A stretch of 25,998 nucleotides of DNA from Candidatus Methylomirabilia bacterium (GTDB lineage: Bacteria; Methylomirabilota; Methylomirabilia; Rokubacteriales; CSP1-6). The translations under genes were made by a program, and so were the position numbers. The notes under the pieces were generated by a model that saw only the letters and a list, made by a program, of their open reading frames with translations, was not told the origin of the DNA and did not search any database. Of this stretch, positions 7,450-15,279 are shown one piece after another. Each line of letters starts with the position of its first letter. Within the stretch, counting starts at the first letter, position 1. The DNA lies in contig JBGPXN010000059.1 in assembly GCA_041492755.1 (NCBI GenBank), forward strand, positions 1 through 25,998. The letters are read 5' to 3'.

Positions 7450-9599
7450 GCGGTCACCATTTCTTGCGAGCGCGCGGTGCTGGCCGGCAGCGTGAAGTGG
7501 AAGGTCGAGCCGCGATGCTGCTGGCTCTCGGCCCAGATCCGGCCGCCGTGGAGCTCGACGAACTTCTTGCTCACGGCGAGGCCGAGGCCGGTGCCGCCCA
7601 CTTCCGCCGTCTGCGGATTCTGCACCCGCTCGAACGGCTCGAAGATGCGCTGCAGGTCTTCTTCCCGGATGCCGGGGCCGCTGTCGGCGACCATGAAGTG
7701 CACGCTGTCCGGCGTCGGCCGCACGCGGAGCACGACCCGCCCGGCCGCCGTGAACTTCACCGCGTTGGAGAGAAGGTTGAGCAGAATCTGCTTCAGCTTG
7801 GTGGCGTCGCCCTCGACCACGGGCAGCGACTCCGCCACGTCGCGCTCGATCCGCACCGGCTTGCCCTGGGCGAGCGCGGTGGCCGACGCCAGGCAGCCGT
7901 CGATGAGCTCGTTCAAGTCGACCGGCTCGCGCCGGACCTCGAGCTTACCCGCCTCGATGCGCGAGATGTCGAGCACACCGTTGATGAGCTGGAGCAGGTG
8001 CGAGCTGCTGTTGTGGATGGAGCGGATGTACGTCTGCTGCGTCGGGTTCAGCTCGCCGTCGATCTCGTTCATGAGGACCTTGGAGAAGCCGATGACCGAG
8101 TTCAGAGGCGTGCGGAGCTCGTGGGACATGCTGGCCAGGAACTGCGACTTGTGACGGCTGGCCTGCATGAGCCGCACGTTGGAGGAAGCCAGCTCGTCGT
8201 AGAGCCGCGCGTTCTCGAGCGCCACCGCGGTCTGGTTGGCGAGCACGGACACCAGCTGCAGCTCGTCGGCGTCGAAGATCTCACCGGAGAGCTTCTCACC
8301 GAGGAGCAGGATCCCGATGAGGTTCTGCTCGACCTTCAGCGGCACGATGAGGTTGGCCCAGACCTCGTCCAGCTCGCCTTCGGCCGCTTCGAAGTGCTCG
8401 GCCATGCGCGGGTTGAGCTTGACCTCTTCCTTGACGAGCACGCCTTCCTCGCGCTGCAGCCAGCGGACGATCGTGCTGCTGGCGTAGAGCGGACGGATGG
8501 CGCCCATCCGATCGGTGGCCCACTCCTCGCGCGCGACCACGAACGTGTTGCTCTCGCGGTCGAACATGAGCACCGCGCAGTGGGTGAGCGGGACGCCCCG
8601 TACGAGGCCCAGGACGAGCGTGTCCACGAGTTTCCCGAAATTGAGGATCGAGCTCATCCGCTTGCTGAGCGTCACCAGCGCGTCGTGACACCCGCGGCGC
8701 TTGCTCATCATCAGGCGGCTCATCGCCGCGCTCGCCGGGTTGAGGAGGAGCGCGATGCCGACACCGACGGGGACGACGACCCACAAAACCTCGATGTCGT
8801 CCCAGCCGAAGTACCTCTCGAGCGTGCGGGCGATGCCCACGACCATCCCGGTGACGGCGCCGCCCGCCACCACGTAGGCAAGACCCTTCCGCACGGCCAG
8901 GCTGACGTCGAAGAGCCGGTAGCGGACGATGGACAGCCCCAGCAACAGGGCGAAGATCATGTTGGCGGGGATGCCCAGCGGATAGAAGTGCTCGGCGGCC
9001 GGGACGAAGCGGGCGACGATGAAGCGGGCGAAGTCCACGAAACCGCCGGCGAGCGTGACCAGCGTCGCCAGCACGATCATCATCGCGCGGTTGCGGCGGA
9101 AGCTCGACTCCATCGACCGCCGGCGGGCGCGCAGAAGCAGCACGGGGCCGAGCACGAGGACGGCGTTCACTTCGAGGAAGAAGGGCAGGTAAAGCGGGCC
9201 CGGCGCCGGCGCCCAGCCCCAGACCGTGGTCGTCACGCCCTTCATGAACAACGGTGACCCGGTCACGTTGAGGACGCTGAAGAGCGCGGACAGCCCGTAG
9301 ACGAAGGCCAGCGAGCGTCGGCGCTTGCTGGTGGCGTCCAGGAAGATGAGCACGAAGTGGTAGTAGAACGCCGGCACCATCACCAGGCCGACGTGGATGA
9401 CGATCTCCCAGAAGTAGGCGGTCGCGGGGTCGGGGCTCTGCCGCAGCATGAACACGCCGCCGTTCCAGATCGCCAGCGAGGTGACGAAGTAGGCGAAGAT
9501 CCGGTTCAGGCGGCTGCCGGCGTTGCGGAGGAGGGTGATCGCCGCGAGCGTGACGTTCAGCAGCAGCGCGACGAGCGGCAGGAGTTGGTGCGGCGTCAC
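7446..9599 (-). CDS. Membrane sensor histidine kinase, 7TM-type sensor (~9 TM in total) plus GAF, HisKA and HATPase
   Basis: GTG start at 9599 overlaps the GNAT stop (GTGA). Multi-TM N-terminus ending IVRYRLFDV, GAF ending ENARLY, SHELRTPL, NLLSNAVKF, DSGPG, GGTGLGL. Confidence 0.92.
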   Translation of the reverse strand: MTPHQLLPLVALLLNVTLAAITLLRNAGSRLNRIFAYFVTSLAIWNGGVFMLRQSPDPATAYFWEIVIHVGLVMVPAFYYHFVLIFLDATSKRRRSLAFVYGLSALFSVLNVTGSPLFMKGVTTTVWGWAPAPGPLYLPFFLEVNAVLVLGPVLLLRARRRSMESSFRRNRAMMIVLATLVTLAGGFVDFARFIVARFVPAAEHFYPLGIPANMIFALLLGLSIVRYRLFDVSLAVRKGLAYVVAGGAVTGMVVGIARTLERYFGWDDIEVLWVVVPVGVGIALLLNPASAAMSRLMMSKRRGCHDALVTLSKRMSSILNFGKLVDTLVLGLVRGVPLTHCAVLMFDRESNTFVVAREEWATDRMGAIRPLYASSTIVRWLQREEGVLVKEEVKLNPRMAEHFEAAEGELDEVWANLIVPLKVEQNLIGILLLGEKLSGEIFDADELQLVSVLANQTAVALENARLYDELASSNVRLMQASRHKSQFLASMSHELRTPLNSVIGFSKVLMNEIDGELNPTQQTYIRSIHNSSSHLLQLINGVLDISRIEAGKLEVRREPVDLNELIDGCLASATALAQGKPVRIERDVAESLPVVEGDATKLKQILLNLLSNAVKFTAAGRVVLRVRPTPDSVHFMVADSGPGIREEDLQRIFEPFERVQNPQTAEVGGTGLGLAVSKKFVELHGGRIWAESQQHRGSTFHFTLPASTARSQEMVTA

Positions 9600-10294
9600 G
9601 GATGCGGGACCGGATAGTACGTCGGCGTCCAGGTATCGGCCTTGCGCTGAAGCTCGAGCTCCTGACGCAGGATACCGAAGACGAGCAGGTCGATGTACTC
9701 GCCTTTGTAGAGGGCGGCCTCGCGCAGCACGCCCTCGAGCTTCCAACCCCGTCGCTTCATGGTGTTGATGCTGAGGAGGTTGTGCGGAAAGACCTTGGCC
9801 TCCAGACGGCGGAGGCCGAGAACGTCCATGGCCCACCACGCGATCAGGCGCGACGCCTCGACCCCAAACCCCATCCGGATCCCTTTCTGGTCGGCCACGA
9901 TGGTCTCCAGGAAAGCATATCCGTCCTTGACGTGCAGGTTAAAAAGGCGGACGAGGCCGATCGGCTTGGACCATCGGTCGCTCGCGATGACGTACACGAC
10001 CTGGGTCGGGTCGGCATGGAGGGCCTTGAGGAAACTCGGCGACTCCCGGTAGACCTCCTTGAACGTGCTGAGCAGGTCGCTCCCGACCATCTCCTTCTGA
10101 AAGGGATCGTCCGCCCACTCGGCGAGATACGGCAGGTCGTCGCGGCAGAGGGTGCGCAGATACACCCTCCGGCCGCGAACGACCGTCACGCCTTCCCACG
10201 AGTCCCCGTCCCACGATTCCCGCGCACGCGCATCCGGCATGGTGAGGCTTCTCTCCTGATCGAGGGCGGCCATCGTCACCAGGTTCGGAACCAT
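9596..10294 (-). CDS. GNAT N-acyltransferase, RimJ/RimL-like
   Basis: VYLRTL, acyl-CoA loop GIRMGFGVEA, LGLRRLEAKVFPHNLLS...GWKLEGVLRE, DLLVFGIL. Start ambiguous (10294 or the MPDA ATG, both with an RBS). Confidence 0.88.
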   Translation of the reverse strand: MVPNLVTMAALDQERSLTMPDARARESWDGDSWEGVTVVRGRRVYLRTLCRDDLPYLAEWADDPFQKEMVGSDLLSTFKEVYRESPSFLKALHADPTQVVYVIASDRWSKPIGLVRLFNLHVKDGYAFLETIVADQKGIRMGFGVEASRLIAWWAMDVLGLRRLEAKVFPHNLLSINTMKRRGWKLEGVLREAALYKGEYIDLLVFGILRQELELQRKADTWTPTYYPVPHP

Positions 10295-10308
10295 GACCGC
10301 CCAGCCTC

Positions 10309-11034
10309 CTACTCGAACCAGACTTCGAAGCGAACCAGGGGCAGCGTCAGCGAAAGCTCCCCGGGCTGCTGGATGGGAATCACGCCGCCGGTCGGCTGAC
10401 CGTCGAGGGTGTCGAGGTACAGCAGGACCCCGCCGACCTGGAAGGGCAGCCGGAACGTGCCGCTGAAGAGCTGGGGCCGCCCCCGCCGCGTGAGGACCTT
10501 GCCCTTGATGGTGCCGAAGGGGAGCGGCGACGCGGCGAACGCCGGGCTGAAGTCCATGTCACCGCTGACCTTGATCGTGCCGATCACGAGCTCAGGTCCG
10601 TCGGTGTCGTTGTCACCAGGGACGATCATGTCGATGGTCGCCTCGAAGGTCCCGAGGCCGGTCGCGAGATTGACGCGGTCCGATCCAATCGCGACGAGGT
10701 CGCAGAACTGCGCGGAGCTCACTCTGGGATCGGGATTGTTCGCCAACAGCGCGTCCGGGCAGAACGGCGTGCCGCGATCGGCGGTGCCCCGGAGCGCCGA
10801 GGTGGCCACCCGGAATCCGGCCCCCCGTCTGTTGATGAGCTTCATGCGCTCGGTCACCTCGTAGAAGACCGCACCGGGCGCGCCCAGCATGGGCGGGAAG
10901 TTCCTGTCGTCGTTCTCGTGATGGCCATTGCCTTGGTGGTCGTTGTCGTTCCGGGCCGCGGCGGGGAACGGCGCGGCGGCGATCAGCACGGTCAGGAACG
11001 TCAAAGTTGCTGCAAATTTAGTCGTGCGCTTCAT
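10309..11034 (-). CDS. Unknown secreted beta-rich protein
   Basis: Sec signal MKRTTKFAATLTFLTVLIAAAPFPAAA; GAGGAGG RBS; ATGA overlap with the upstream gene; alternating hydrophobic strands; two Cys. Confidence 0.8.
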   Translation of the reverse strand: MKRTTKFAATLTFLTVLIAAAPFPAAARNDNDHQGNGHHENDDRNFPPMLGAPGAVFYEVTERMKLINRRGAGFRVATSALRGTADRGTPFCPDALLANNPDPRVSSAQFCDLVAIGSDRVNLATGLGTFEATIDMIVPGDNDTDGPELVIGTIKVSGDMDFSPAFAASPLPFGTIKGKVLTRRGRPQLFSGTFRLPFQVGGVLLYLDTLDGQPTGGVIPIQQPGELSLTLPLVRFEVWFE

Positions 11035-11846
11035 CGGGATTCCTCCTCAATATTGACTGCGGCGCCGTGGCGCCCTTCGCCCCGGCCGGCACGGGCCCAG
11101 GCCATGAGGCTGACGCCGGACAAAAAAGTCCGGCGAGATTCGACGATCTCGAAGCCGGCGCCGGTCAGGTCCCGGGCCAGGGCCTCGCGATCGTAGTACC
11201 GTGCTTCGTAGTGCCGGAGCGCCTCGAACAGCGCCGTCGGCAGCAGCCAGCGCAACGAGCGCGTGGCGGCGCCGAGACCTTCGTCGGTGCGGATGGAGGC
11301 GAACGTCGAGCGGACTTGCGGCGGCCGGCTATACGCCAGCACGATCGCGTAGCCACCTGGGCGCAGCGCCCGCCGGCAAGCCTCGAGGAACGCCAGCGGC
11401 TGCGGGTGCCAGTTGAGCGTGTGCAGGCTGACGAGCGCGTCGTACGCGCCGGCGCCCGGGACCGATCCCGACGCGAGGTCCACGTGATGGAAGACCACGC
11501 CCGGGTGCCGGCGGCGAGCGACGCTGACGAGGTGCCCGATGGAGTCGACGCCCACGACGGTGAAGCCCGCGGCGACCAGTCGGGCGGCGGCGGTGCCGGT
11601 CCCGCACGCCGCGTCCAGCACGAACGGCCGGCGCCCGCCCGGCGCGCCCGATCGCTGGACCAGCGCGGCCACTTCGTTCAAGAGCGATTCCCACGGACGG
11701 AAGCCAGTGACCACGGCGTCGTAGGTGAGCCCGTACCCACGGGCGGTCAGCCGTTCGACGGCCTGCCGCAGCGCGCTGCGCTGGGCCGTCGACTTCCAGC
11801 CAAAAACCGCTGGCGACTGAGTCACGTCCGTGGCCGTTCCGGTCAT
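11031..11846 (-). CDS. Class I SAM-dependent methyltransferase (paralog 2)
   Basis: VLDAACGTG, VVGVD, YDALVS, ALRPGG. ATG at 11846 overlaps the upstream TGA. Confidence 0.9.
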   Translation of the reverse strand: MTGTATDVTQSPAVFGWKSTAQRSALRQAVERLTARGYGLTYDAVVTGFRPWESLLNEVAALVQRSGAPGGRRPFVLDAACGTGTAAARLVAAGFTVVGVDSIGHLVSVARRRHPGVVFHHVDLASGSVPGAGAYDALVSLHTLNWHPQPLAFLEACRRALRPGGYAIVLAYSRPPQVRSTFASIRTDEGLGAATRSLRWLLPTALFEALRHYEARYYDREALARDLTGAGFEIVESRRTFLSGVSLMAWARAGRGEGRHGAAVNIEEESR

Positions 11847-12637
11847 CGCGCGGCGGCGTCCTTTCGCGCCCACACCAGCACGCTGGCGCCGTCGAAGAAC
11901 GTCCGGCGCGCCTCCAACACGGTGAAGCCGACGGCGCGAAGGCGCGCGGAGAACTCGGTCTCATCCCAGTAGTGGGGGCCGCCCGGCTTGCGCGTCGCCT
12001 CGAAGACCGCGTTGGGAACGAGCCACAGGAGCGCGCGGGCGGCGCTACGCAGCCCTTCCCGGCGCCACAGCTCTCTGAAACTCGACCGCAGGCCGACGCG
12101 GCGCGCGTGGTTCACGACGACGAGGTGGCCGCCCGGCTTGAGGACCCGCCACGCTTCCTGCAGGACGCGCTGGGGCGCCGGGTGCACGTACAGAGAATGA
12201 ATGCTGATGACCTGGTCGAACTCCCCATCCCGGAACCCGCCACCGGCGGCCAAGTCAGCCCGCGTGAACGTTAGATTCGAGAGCCGCCGGGACCGGCGTT
12301 TTTCACGGGCGACGTCCACGACGGCGGCGTAGGGGTCCAGTCCCACCACGCAAAAGCCAGCCTCCGCCAGCGCAAAGGCGAAGTTCCCCGGCCCACACCC
12401 GAAGTCGAGGATCCGGACGTTCCGGTGGTCAGCCGCGCCCGCTGCCGTATCGATGAGGCCGCGGATCTCCTCTTCGAGATCGCGGTACGGCGTGAAGCAC
12501 TCGAAGATCCGGTCGTAGACCAGCCCATAGGCAATGGAGACACTCCGCTCACGAGCCCATTGGAAGCCCGCGACGACAGGGGCGACGACCAGGCCCGGAG
12601 ACCCGACCGACCGCCTGACTTCCACGCTAGTGGCCAT
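11843..12637 (-). CDS. Class I SAM-dependent methyltransferase (paralog 1)
   Basis: ILDFGCGPG, VVGLD, FDQVIS, VLKPGG. ATG at 12637 follows AGGAG. Confidence 0.9.
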   Translation of the reverse strand: MATSVEVRRSVGSPGLVVAPVVAGFQWARERSVSIAYGLVYDRIFECFTPYRDLEEEIRGLIDTAAGAADHRNVRILDFGCGPGNFAFALAEAGFCVVGLDPYAAVVDVAREKRRSRRLSNLTFTRADLAAGGGFRDGEFDQVISIHSLYVHPAPQRVLQEAWRVLKPGGHLVVVNHARRVGLRSSFRELWRREGLRSAARALLWLVPNAVFEATRKPGGPHYWDETEFSARLRAVGFTVLEARRTFFDGASVLVWARKDAAAR

Positions 12638-12720
12638 ATCGTTTTCTCCTGCCCATGCGGAACCTGGGTCCGACTGCTTGGTCCGTACAATTCTGTTCAT
12701 CTCGCGGCACCCCGGTAACG

Positions 12721-12735
12721 GCAAAGGCCATGCCA
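12721..12735 (-). promoter_or_regulatory. Sigma54 (-24/-12) promoter of the methyltransferase-GNAT-kinase operon
   Basis: Minus strand TGGCATGGCCTTTGC (GG-N10-GC), about 85 nt upstream of the first ATG. Confidence 0.75.
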
Positions 12736-12806
12736 CACTCACCGACTGCGGAAGTGCTTGAACTAAGAGGATTTTGCCGGGGGGTAGGCAAGCTTTGCCG
12801 GGCGGC

Positions 12807-12937
12807 ACCGGCTAATTTCTGGCCGGTCATACCAGGCGTGATCGCCAGAAGCGGATGAAGAACGGCAATTTTACAAACTTTCCAACCGGTTGGAGCGTGC
12901 TAACCGCGGGGCCGGCACCGGTAAGAAATTAGCCGGT
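12807..12937. promoter_or_regulatory. Pair of inverted 21-bp sites (ACCGG-N11-CCGGT), putative enhancer-binding-protein sites
   Basis: accggctaatttctggccggt (12807-12827) matches the reverse complement of accggtaagaaattagccggt (12917-12937) at 19/21. Confidence 0.6.
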
Positions 12938-12988
12938 CGGAGTGAGCGGCCAGTCGGCCGTGTGCCGCTCAATAAGGGCCTGGAAACG

Positions 12989-13633
12989 CTACTGAAGTGG
13001 TGCCATGTCGTCCCGCGAAACGTGCCAAAGGACGACATCGTAATACGCTCCGGCCGACGACGTGCGTGGGTAGATCGACACGTGATCGATGGGGCGGTCC
13101 CCCGGGTGGAGGCCGGCCACGCCTTGCTGACGCATCTCGGCGGCCGTCGTCGAATACACGGTTGCGACCAGCCGACCCGCCGGGTCGTACGCTGCGTACT
13201 GCGTCCAGCCCGGGGTGCCCGTCTCAACCTCGAGCCGGCCAAGCCGGAGCCGGCGCAGGAGTGGGTGGCGATCATCGAGACGTGGGAGCGCGGCCGGCAT
13301 GGGCTCGCCCTCGGCGGCGGCCAGGCTGACGAGCGCCGGAGCCACGGGCAGATTCGCGATGACCTGGTCGACACCGGGCACGGTCGCAACGAGCTCCTCG
13401 ATTCTTTGCTTGAGCTCCGGGCGAGTCACCGCGCCGGTCAAATAGACGCGGCCCTCGTACGTGTCCACGTGGATTCGCGTGAGCGAGGCGAATCCCGTCG
13501 CGGTCAGCCGCGCCTTCACGCGCGCGGTGATCGTCTTGTCGTCGACCCAGCGGCCCACCGGACGTCCCGTGAGGGGCGTGCATCCGGCACCGCCGGCGAC
13601 GACCAGCAGGGCGAGCACGATCACCGCGCGCAT
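12989..13633 (-). CDS. BON-domain lipoprotein with an extra C-terminal domain
   Basis: MRAVIVLALLVVAGGAG-C lipobox-like signal, then BON motif VDDKTITARVKARL...IHVDTYEGRVYLTG...VPGVDQVIANL. It is the C-terminal part of track ORF 12989..15256. Confidence 0.85.
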   Translation of the reverse strand: MRAVIVLALLVVAGGAGCTPLTGRPVGRWVDDKTITARVKARLTATGFASLTRIHVDTYEGRVYLTGAVTRPELKQRIEELVATVPGVDQVIANLPVAPALVSLAAAEGEPMPAALPRLDDRHPLLRRLRLGRLEVETGTPGWTQYAAYDPAGRLVATVYSTTAAEMRQQGVAGLHPGDRPIDHVSIYPRTSSAGAYYDVVLWHVSRDDMAPLQ

Positions 13634-13641
13634 GGACGGGC

Positions 13642-13812
13642 TCAGGCCGCCGGGCGAACGGCGGCCTCCTCGCGCAAACGCTGTTCGACGTCCCGCATGA
13701 ACGCGTCCTCCCACACGTCCATGACGAGCAGCGGCTTGAAGCCGGCCGGGATCCCTTCCTGGTGCAGCGTGATCCAGTGATTGGACAACGTTTTCGCCTT
13801 GGGTGAGGGCAT
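13642..13812 (-). pseudogene. Fe/Mn superoxide dismutase remnant with in-frame internal deletions
   Basis: GGGAGG RBS, then MPSPKAKT joined to LSNHWITLHQEGIPAGFKPLLVMDVWEDAFMRD (SOD signature DVWEHA with H to D), joined to VEQRLREEAAVRPAA*. Only 56 aa. Confidence 0.8.
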
Positions 13813-13963
13813 TCGTGCCTCCCTTTGCGGCAACGGATTCGCCGATCCCGCGACGGGAACCGCAATCCGCCAGTCCTGTTATTATCTCGGCGACCCGAGA
13901 GCCCTGAGTCTTGCAACCCTCGTGCAAGCGTCGCTGGTAATCGCATCCCATGGAGGTGTGGTC

Positions 13964-15136
13964 ATGACGAAGCGCTGGTTCTGGACCTCGCTCGCCGCCC
14001 TCGCGGCCGCCGCCGTGCTTGCGACGGGAGGCGCCGCGCAGCAGGCTCCCCTCAAGATCGGCGTCATCCAGCCGCTGTCCGGACCGGTCGCGGCGTCGGG
14101 CAACTACGTGCGGATGGGCGCCGAGATCGCGCGGGACTGGATCAACGCCAAGGGCGGCGTGAACGGCCGCCGGCTCGAGCTGGTGATCGAGGACAACAAG
14201 TCGGATCCCAAGGAGGCGGCCAGCGCCGCCGAGAAGCTCATCGTCCGCGACAAGGTTCCCGCCATCATGGGGGCCTGGGGCAGCTCGATGACGCTGGCGG
14301 CCATGCCCAAGCTCGAGGAGTACGGCGTGCCCATGGTGGTGGAGACGTCCAGCGCGGCCACCATCACCAAGCGCGGCAACCCCTGGGTGTTCCGGATCAG
14401 TCCCCCGAGCGAGATGGAGGCCCTCGGCCTCGAGCGCTACGTCGACAAGCTCGCCGTCAAGCGCGCCGACTTCCTCGCCGTCAACACCGACTGGGGGCGC
14501 GGCGCCGTCAGCGCCTTCGGCGACATGCTGAAGAAGAAGGGCGCGGCCGTCACCAACGCGGAGTTCATGGACCAGGCCGCCACCGACATGAACGCGCAGA
14601 TCACCAAGATCAAGGGCAGCGGCAGCGATACGCTCTTCCTGACCACCAGCGTCGAGCAGATCACGCTCGTGCTGAAGCAGGCGCAGGAGCAGCGCCTGCA
14701 GCGCAAGATCGTCACCACCGGCGGCTCGTCGTCGCCCAACCAGCTCATCAAGCAGGCGGGCGCGGCGGCCGAGGGCACCTACCACATCCTCTTCTTCATG
14801 CCGTGGTTCCCGGAAGCCATGCCGGATGGCAAGCTCGCCAAGGCCCTCGTCGACGAATGGAGCAAGCGCGGCCATCCCTTCGAGGGCCTGACCGAGGGCT
14901 TCCGCGGTCACGACGGCATCGCCACCATCGCCGAGGCCGCGCGCCTCGCGGGCGCGCCGGAGGCGAAGGCGATTCGTGACGCGCTGTGGAAGGTCCGCCT
15001 CATGGGCGTCAACGGCCCGATCAAGTTCGAGAAGGACGGCCCCGCCGGCAAGGAAAGCGGCCAGAGCAAGCCCAGCATCTTCATCGTCCAGATCAAGGAC
15101 GGCAAGATCGCCCTTCCCGACTTCGCCAAGAACTAG
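13964..15136 (+). CDS. ABC transporter substrate-binding protein, LivK/LivJ-like family
   Basis: GGAGG RBS; signal peptide; LKIGVIQPLSG, INAKGGVNGR, EDNKSDP motifs. Confidence 0.92.
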   Translation: MTKRWFWTSLAALAAAAVLATGGAAQQAPLKIGVIQPLSGPVAASGNYVRMGAEIARDWINAKGGVNGRRLELVIEDNKSDPKEAASAAEKLIVRDKVPAIMGAWGSSMTLAAMPKLEEYGVPMVVETSSAATITKRGNPWVFRISPPSEMEALGLERYVDKLAVKRADFLAVNTDWGRGAVSAFGDMLKKKGAAVTNAEFMDQAATDMNAQITKIKGSGSDTLFLTTSVEQITLVLKQAQEQRLQRKIVTTGGSSSPNQLIKQAGAAAEGTYHILFFMPWFPEAMPDGKLAKALVDEWSKRGHPFEGLTEGFRGHDGIATIAEAARLAGAPEAKAIRDALWKVRLMGVNGPIKFEKDGPAGKESGQSKPSIFIVQIKDGKIALPDFAKN

Positions 15137-15150
15137 AAGCATGCCGGATA

Positions 15151-15270
15151 TCGAGGAGCGCCCCGGCTTCGCCGGGGCCCTGCCGAGCGCTGGCGGTGTC
15201 GAGGAGCGCCCCGGGTTCCCCGAGGCGCTGCCGAGCGTTGGGGGTATGGGGGCCATTTCGTGGCCCCCAT
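15151..15270. repeat. REP-like element: two tandem 48-bp hairpin units plus a 10-bp-stem hairpin
   Basis: 15151-15198 vs 15199-15246 match at 41/48. atgggggcca-tttcg-tggcccccat at 15246-15270. Confidence 0.85.
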
Positions 15271-15279
15271 GTCAATAGT

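Noticed and set aside
5251..9257. Long plus-strand ORFs (967 aa, 597 aa)
   Set aside because: Antisense shadows of the two kinases, expected in high-GC DNA; no motifs.
12863..12875. TGTAAAATTGCCG (minus strand) as a PEP-CTERM-box-like site, making the kinase PrsK
   Set aside because: Only a partial resemblance from memory; no PEP-CTERM protein, exosortase or PrsR in the window.
15151..15246. CRISPR array
   Set aside because: Only two adjacent imperfect units, no spacers and no cas genes.
12989..15256. 755-aa minus-strand ORF as one gene
   Set aside because: Only the last 214 aa (BON lipoprotein) look real; the rest is mostly the shadow of the binding-protein gene.
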